Below, piece by piece: positions 60,388 through 64,000 of a stretch of 64,000 bases of DNA. A program made the translations under genes and the position numbers. Location of the stretch: the NCBI GenBank assembly GCA_963666985.2, contig CAXXIA010000001.1, positions 672,001-736,000 on the forward strand. The letters are read 5' to 3'. The first letter of the stretch is position 1. Each line of letters begins with the position of its first letter. The notes under the pieces were generated by a model, which did not search any database, had not been told where the DNA came from, and worked only from the letters and a program-made list of their open reading frames with translations. This stretch comes from Spirochaetia bacterium. GTDB lineage: Bacteria; Spirochaetota; Spirochaetia; DSM-2461.

Positions 60388-60422
60388 AAAAAAAACCGGC
60401 GCCGTATTATAAAGCGCCGGTT
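60388..60422 (-). terminator. Intrinsic terminator after amino-acid ABC operon
   Basis: aaccggcgc/gcgccggtt stem with A-run on plus strand (U-run on minus). Confidence 0.7.
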
Positions 60423-60483
60423 ACTGTATGAAACAACAATGAACGGCTTCCGTGCCGCCGCCTCATATGCTCAGCCGATTTCG

Positions 60484-61221
60484 CTACAGGATGTGCTTGA
60501 GAAACTTTCGGGTCCGCTCTTCGGAAGGAGCATCGAATATTTCTTCCGGAGGACCGGTCTCGACGATTTCACCGGCGTCCATGAAAACCACCCGATCCGC
60601 CGCCGCACGGGCGAACCCCATTTCATGGCTCACCACCATCATGGTCATGCCTTCCTTGGCCAAATCGAGCATAACATCCAGCACTTCCTTCACCATTTCC
60701 GGATCAAGCGCGCTGGTGGGCTCGTCGAAGAGCATTACCTTCGGTTCCATCGCCAGGGCGCGGGCGATGGCCACGCGCTGTTTCTGACCGCCCGAAAGCT
60801 GGCCGGGATAGGCCTCCTCTCGGTCGGCAAGACCGACACGCTTTAACAGCTCTCTGGCTTTCGTTTCCGCGGCGGCGCGGCTGATCGTTTTGACTTTAAC
60901 GGGCGCCAGACAAATGTTCTCCAGAACCGAAAGATGCGGAAAAAGATTGAAGTCCTGGAACACCATTCCGGTCTCTTCCCGAACCTTGCGGATATCCGCG
61001 TTCGGCCCGATCAGGGGATTCCCGTCGACAAGGATCTGGCCGCCGGTGAGGGCTTCGAGTTTATTCACGCTCCTTAAAAGCGTGCTTTTTCCCGAACCCG
61101 AAGGCCCTATAATCAGGACGACTTCTCCTTCCTTCACCTTCAAATCAACGCCGTTGAGGGCTTTTACCACGCCGAAATCCTTTTCGGCTCCCTGAATATC
61201 GACCATGACTTTATCGTTCAT
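60484..61221 (-). CDS. Polar amino acid ABC transporter ATP-binding protein (GlnQ-like)
   Basis: [34 protein letters not shown]. Confidence 0.93.
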   Translation of the reverse strand: MNDKVMVDIQGAEKDFGVVKALNGVDLKVKEGEVVLIIGPSGSGKSTLLRSVNKLEALTGGQILVDGNPLIGPNADIRKVREETGMVFQDFNLFPHLSVLENICLAPVKVKTISRAAAETKARELLKRVGLADREEAYPGQLSGGQKQRVAIARALAMEPKVMLFDEPTSALDPEMVKEVLDVMLDLAKEGMTMMVVSHEMGFARAAADRVVFMDAGEIVETGPPEEIFDAPSEERTRKFLKHIL

Positions 61222-62005
61222 GACGCTTCATCCTATCTTCCATCATTGCCACGAGTTTACTGAGCACCAGGGTGAATACCAGATAAACAAGAGCCACCAT
61301 CGCATAGGTTTCCAGGGAAAGGAAGGTTCTTGAAACATGCTCCCGGCCCCGTCTGAGGATATCGCGTAAGGCGATAACCGATACCAGCGAGGAATCTTTC
61401 AGCATGGCGATGAATTCGTTTCCGATGGCCGGAATAACGATTTTCATGGTTTGGGGCAGAATAATAAAGCGCATGGCCTGCCCCCGTGTAAGGCCCAGAG
61501 CCATCGCCGCTTCCATCTGGCCTTTGGGAATGGCTTCAATGCCCGCGCGGAAAATTTCTCCCATGTAGGCTCCGTAGCATATGGAGAGAGAAATAATGGC
61601 CGCCGGAACGCCGTCGAGCTTAAAAAACTTTCCCAAGGCGAAGTAGATGAAAATCAGCTGTACCAGCAGAGGAATCCCGCGGATGAGTTCCACGTAAACT
61701 CCGGCGATAAGCTGTAAAAGCCGCGTTCGGGCAATTTGGCCGAGTCCCGTAAACAGGCCCAAAACCACGGACCCCGCGATGGCTCCCGCGGTAACGCCGA
61801 AGGTAAGCGGCGCGCCTTTGATGATCACTTTAAAAATCTGATCGTACGGATCCTTTGCGACGAACACCAGCAAAACGATGCCGAGTACGGCAAAGGCGAT
61901 GGTGAGTCTCCAGGAGTCGATGATCCGCCGTTCTCCCTTAATGGGGATAAGAGCCCCGTCGGTGACCTCGATGCGGGGCTCCGCGTGGTTCTTTACCGCA
62001 GCCAC
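61211..62005 (-). CDS. Polar amino acid ABC transporter permease
   Basis: [29 protein letters not shown]. Confidence 0.92.
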   Translation of the reverse strand: MAAVKNHAEPRIEVTDGALIPIKGERRIIDSWRLTIAFAVLGIVLLVFVAKDPYDQIFKVIIKGAPLTFGVTAGAIAGSVVLGLFTGLGQIARTRLLQLIAGVYVELIRGIPLLVQLIFIYFALGKFFKLDGVPAAIISLSICYGAYMGEIFRAGIEAIPKGQMEAAMALGLTRGQAMRFIILPQTMKIVIPAIGNEFIAMLKDSSLVSVIALRDILRRGREHVSRTFLSLETYAMVALVYLVFTLVLSKLVAMMEDRMKRHER

Positions 62006-62751
62006 TTCTCGACCAGTTCAGCCTGGGTTCCGTCGGCGAATACGGCGGCGAGACCTTTGTTGATAAGGCTCAGAAGCTCTTCATTGCCTTTGCGGATGGC
62101 GATGCCGAATTCTTCCTCGGTGAAGGGTTCGCCCAGGATTTCGAGCTTTCCCTTGAAATTCTCATTGGCGGCGACATAGTCGATGGCGGTAACCGAATCG
62201 CAGACAACGGCGTTCAGGTTCCCGTTGACTAAGTCTTCAACGGCCAAACCGACATCGTCATAAGCTCTTCTATCTACGCTCGGGACTTCTTCCACGGCGA
62301 AATCGCCGGTGGTGCCCTGCTGAACGCCGACCTTTTTACCGGCGAAATCGGAAAGTTTCTCACCGCCCGAATAACCGGCCGGGACAATCAGAATCTGACC
62401 GGCGTTAATGTAGGGATTGGAAAAATCCATCGTGGCTTTGCGTTCTTCGGTAATAGTGACCGAGCTGATGATCGCATCGTAGGCACCGTTGGCCAGTCCG
62501 GCGAAGATGCCGTCCCAAGCCGTATTTTCCACTTCGTATTCGAATCCCGCGGCTTTTGCCACGGCCTCAAGAAGGTCCATGTCGAATCCGACGATATCTC
62601 CGTTGTCATCCACGTATTCCATCGGGGGCCAGGTGGCATCCGATGCGAAGACATAAACCGTGCCTCCATCCGAATCGGAACCGCCGTTTGCGAAAGCGGG
62701 TCCGGCGATGAGAGCCAGCAAGATCGTCAGAGCAAGAAAGCTTTTTTTCAT
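61993..62751 (-). CDS. Basic/polar amino acid ABC substrate-binding protein
   Basis: Signal peptide, DATWPPME, GFDMD, TITEER, GTTG. Confidence 0.9.
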   Translation of the reverse strand: MKKSFLALTILLALIAGPAFANGGSDSDGGTVYVFASDATWPPMEYVDDNGDIVGFDMDLLEAVAKAAGFEYEVENTAWDGIFAGLANGAYDAIISSVTITEERKATMDFSNPYINAGQILIVPAGYSGGEKLSDFAGKKVGVQQGTTGDFAVEEVPSVDRRAYDDVGLAVEDLVNGNLNAVVCDSVTAIDYVAANENFKGKLEILGEPFTEEEFGIAIRKGNEELLSLINKGLAAVFADGTQAELVEKWLR

Positions 62752-63039
62752 TACGTTCTCCTTATTTAAATCCGTCTCGATTGAATCAAGCCAAATGATT
62801 TTATACACGATGACCGATGAGAGCGAAAGGTTTACGGCAAAAAATATTTTTAAATTGAACGGATATCGTGCTTCGCCCGGGGTGTTTCTTACTTCCAGGT
62901 AGGTTATGAACGGATTTTCCCGATATTTTAAGTTCGCGGAGGGAAAGCACGGTACGGTGAAGATCGATTCTTAAAGCGCGGATGAAATTTCAGGTGCATG
63001 CGGGTGGGGTAAGGGACCGCAAGGCCCCTTACCGCCGGC

Positions 63040-63888
63040 TTATCGATTCAGAGAGAGTATTTCTCTTGCCTCCATAGGAGTGGCCGCTTCACAGCCGTAC
63101 TCTTCAATGATTCGTTTGGCGCGGGCGACAAACTGCATATTGCTCTCGGCCAGCTGTCCCTTCTTATAGAGAACATTATCTTCCATGCCCACACGGATGT
63201 TTCCGCCCAGGGCGATGCCGGCGTACATCGTTTCCATGGCTCCCGCTCCCACACCGAAGGTTGACCACGTGGAACCGGGAGCGACTTCTTCCATGGATTC
63301 CTTCATGAATACCAGGTTTTTCGTGCTTGCTTTTATACCGCCGGCAACACCCATGCAGAACTGAAAATGCAGAGGAGCTTTCAGAACGCCTTTCTTCAGA
63401 TAATAAGCCGCATTGTAAATCATGCCGGGATCGAAAACTTCAATCTCGGGCTTCACGCCGACTTCCTGCATCATCGTTCCGAGTTTTTCGAGGAATTGCG
63501 GATTGTTTTCGAAAACGGCCGAGTGCTGCCAGTTCATGGTGCCGCAGTCGAACGTGGCGATTTCCGGCTTCAACTCATAAAAAGGTTTGAGGCGGTCCTC
63601 CTCTTTCAGGTTGATGCCGCCGGATGTTGTAAGGTTGATGATGATATCGCAGTCCGAACGTGATTTGAGTAATTGAACGGTTTCTTTAAATTTGTTGAAA
63701 TCCATACAGGGCCGGGATTCATCGTCCCTCACGTGGATATGACAGATGGCGGCACCTTCTTTCCAGCAGTTGTAGATTTCTTCCGCGATTTCTTCAGGTT
63801 GAAGCGGAACATTCGGATTGTTTTCTTTTGTGGGCCATGCACCCGTTGTTGCAACGGTTATAATGCGTTTATTTTTTAGATCATTCAT
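63040..63888 (-). CDS. Beta-keto acid cleavage enzyme (BKACE/DUF849)
   Basis: ATTGA, HIHVR, TTSGG, GTMN, EIEVFD, RVGMEDN; start MNDLK. Confidence 0.9.
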   Translation of the reverse strand: MNDLKNKRIITVATTGAWPTKENNPNVPLQPEEIAEEIYNCWKEGAAICHIHVRDDESRPCMDFNKFKETVQLLKSRSDCDIIINLTTSGGINLKEEDRLKPFYELKPEIATFDCGTMNWQHSAVFENNPQFLEKLGTMMQEVGVKPEIEVFDPGMIYNAAYYLKKGVLKAPLHFQFCMGVAGGIKASTKNLVFMKESMEEVAPGSTWSTFGVGAGAMETMYAGIALGGNIRVGMEDNVLYKKGQLAESNMQFVARAKRIIEEYGCEAATPMEAREILSLNR

Positions 63889-63905
63889 ACGTTTTTCCTT
63901 CTTTA

Positions 63906-64000
63906 TTAAGTCAATCGTTCGAAAATACCCGCGGCGCCCATACCGCCGCCTACGCACATGCTGACCATGCCGTAGCGTCCCCCGGTCCGTTCCAGAAAGG
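63906..64000 (-). CDS. Thiolase (acetyl-CoA acyltransferase) C-terminal fragment, cut by window edge
   Basis: LERTGGRYGMVSMCVGGGMGAAGIFERLT* containing the thiolase CxGGGxG motif. Confidence 0.85.
   Translation of the reverse strand, partial: FLERTGGRYGMVSMCVGGGMGAAGIFERLT

Overview
64-kb bacterial chromosomal segment, most likely from an anaerobic free-living spirochete (inferred from the rpsB-tsf-frr-uppS-cdsA-rseP-WD40 order without pyrH, the FGE-type lipoprotein and other spirochete-like genes). Main contents: (i) a complete Mo-nitrogenase cluster nifH-nifI1-nifI2-nifD-nifK-nifE-nifN-nifB-fdx plus nifV-nifA on the minus strand, with two visible sigma54 (-24/-12) promoters and an IHF-like site; (ii) a GH78 alpha-L-rhamnosidase / carbohydrate ABC / YesMN-type two-component locus whose sensor kinase is split by a frameshift inside a (GA)5 repeat; (iii) housekeeping genes (rpsF-ssb-rpsR-rplI-dnaB-ComFB, rpsB-tsf-frr-uppS-cdsA-rseP, ilvBN, DAHP synthase, hisI, rbgA, recQ, manA, maf); (iv) accessory genes including an FGE-sulfatase/CLec lipoprotein followed by a perfect hairpin (possible remote DGR target), a 672-aa unannotated protein with GT-A-like motifs, a GH18 hydrolase, an M23 peptidase, an amino-acid ABC transporter and a BKACE gene behind a truncated thiolase. 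No rRNA, tRNA, CRISPR array, intact transposase or reverse transcriptase was recognised. All calls are by eye from motifs; no database searches were run.
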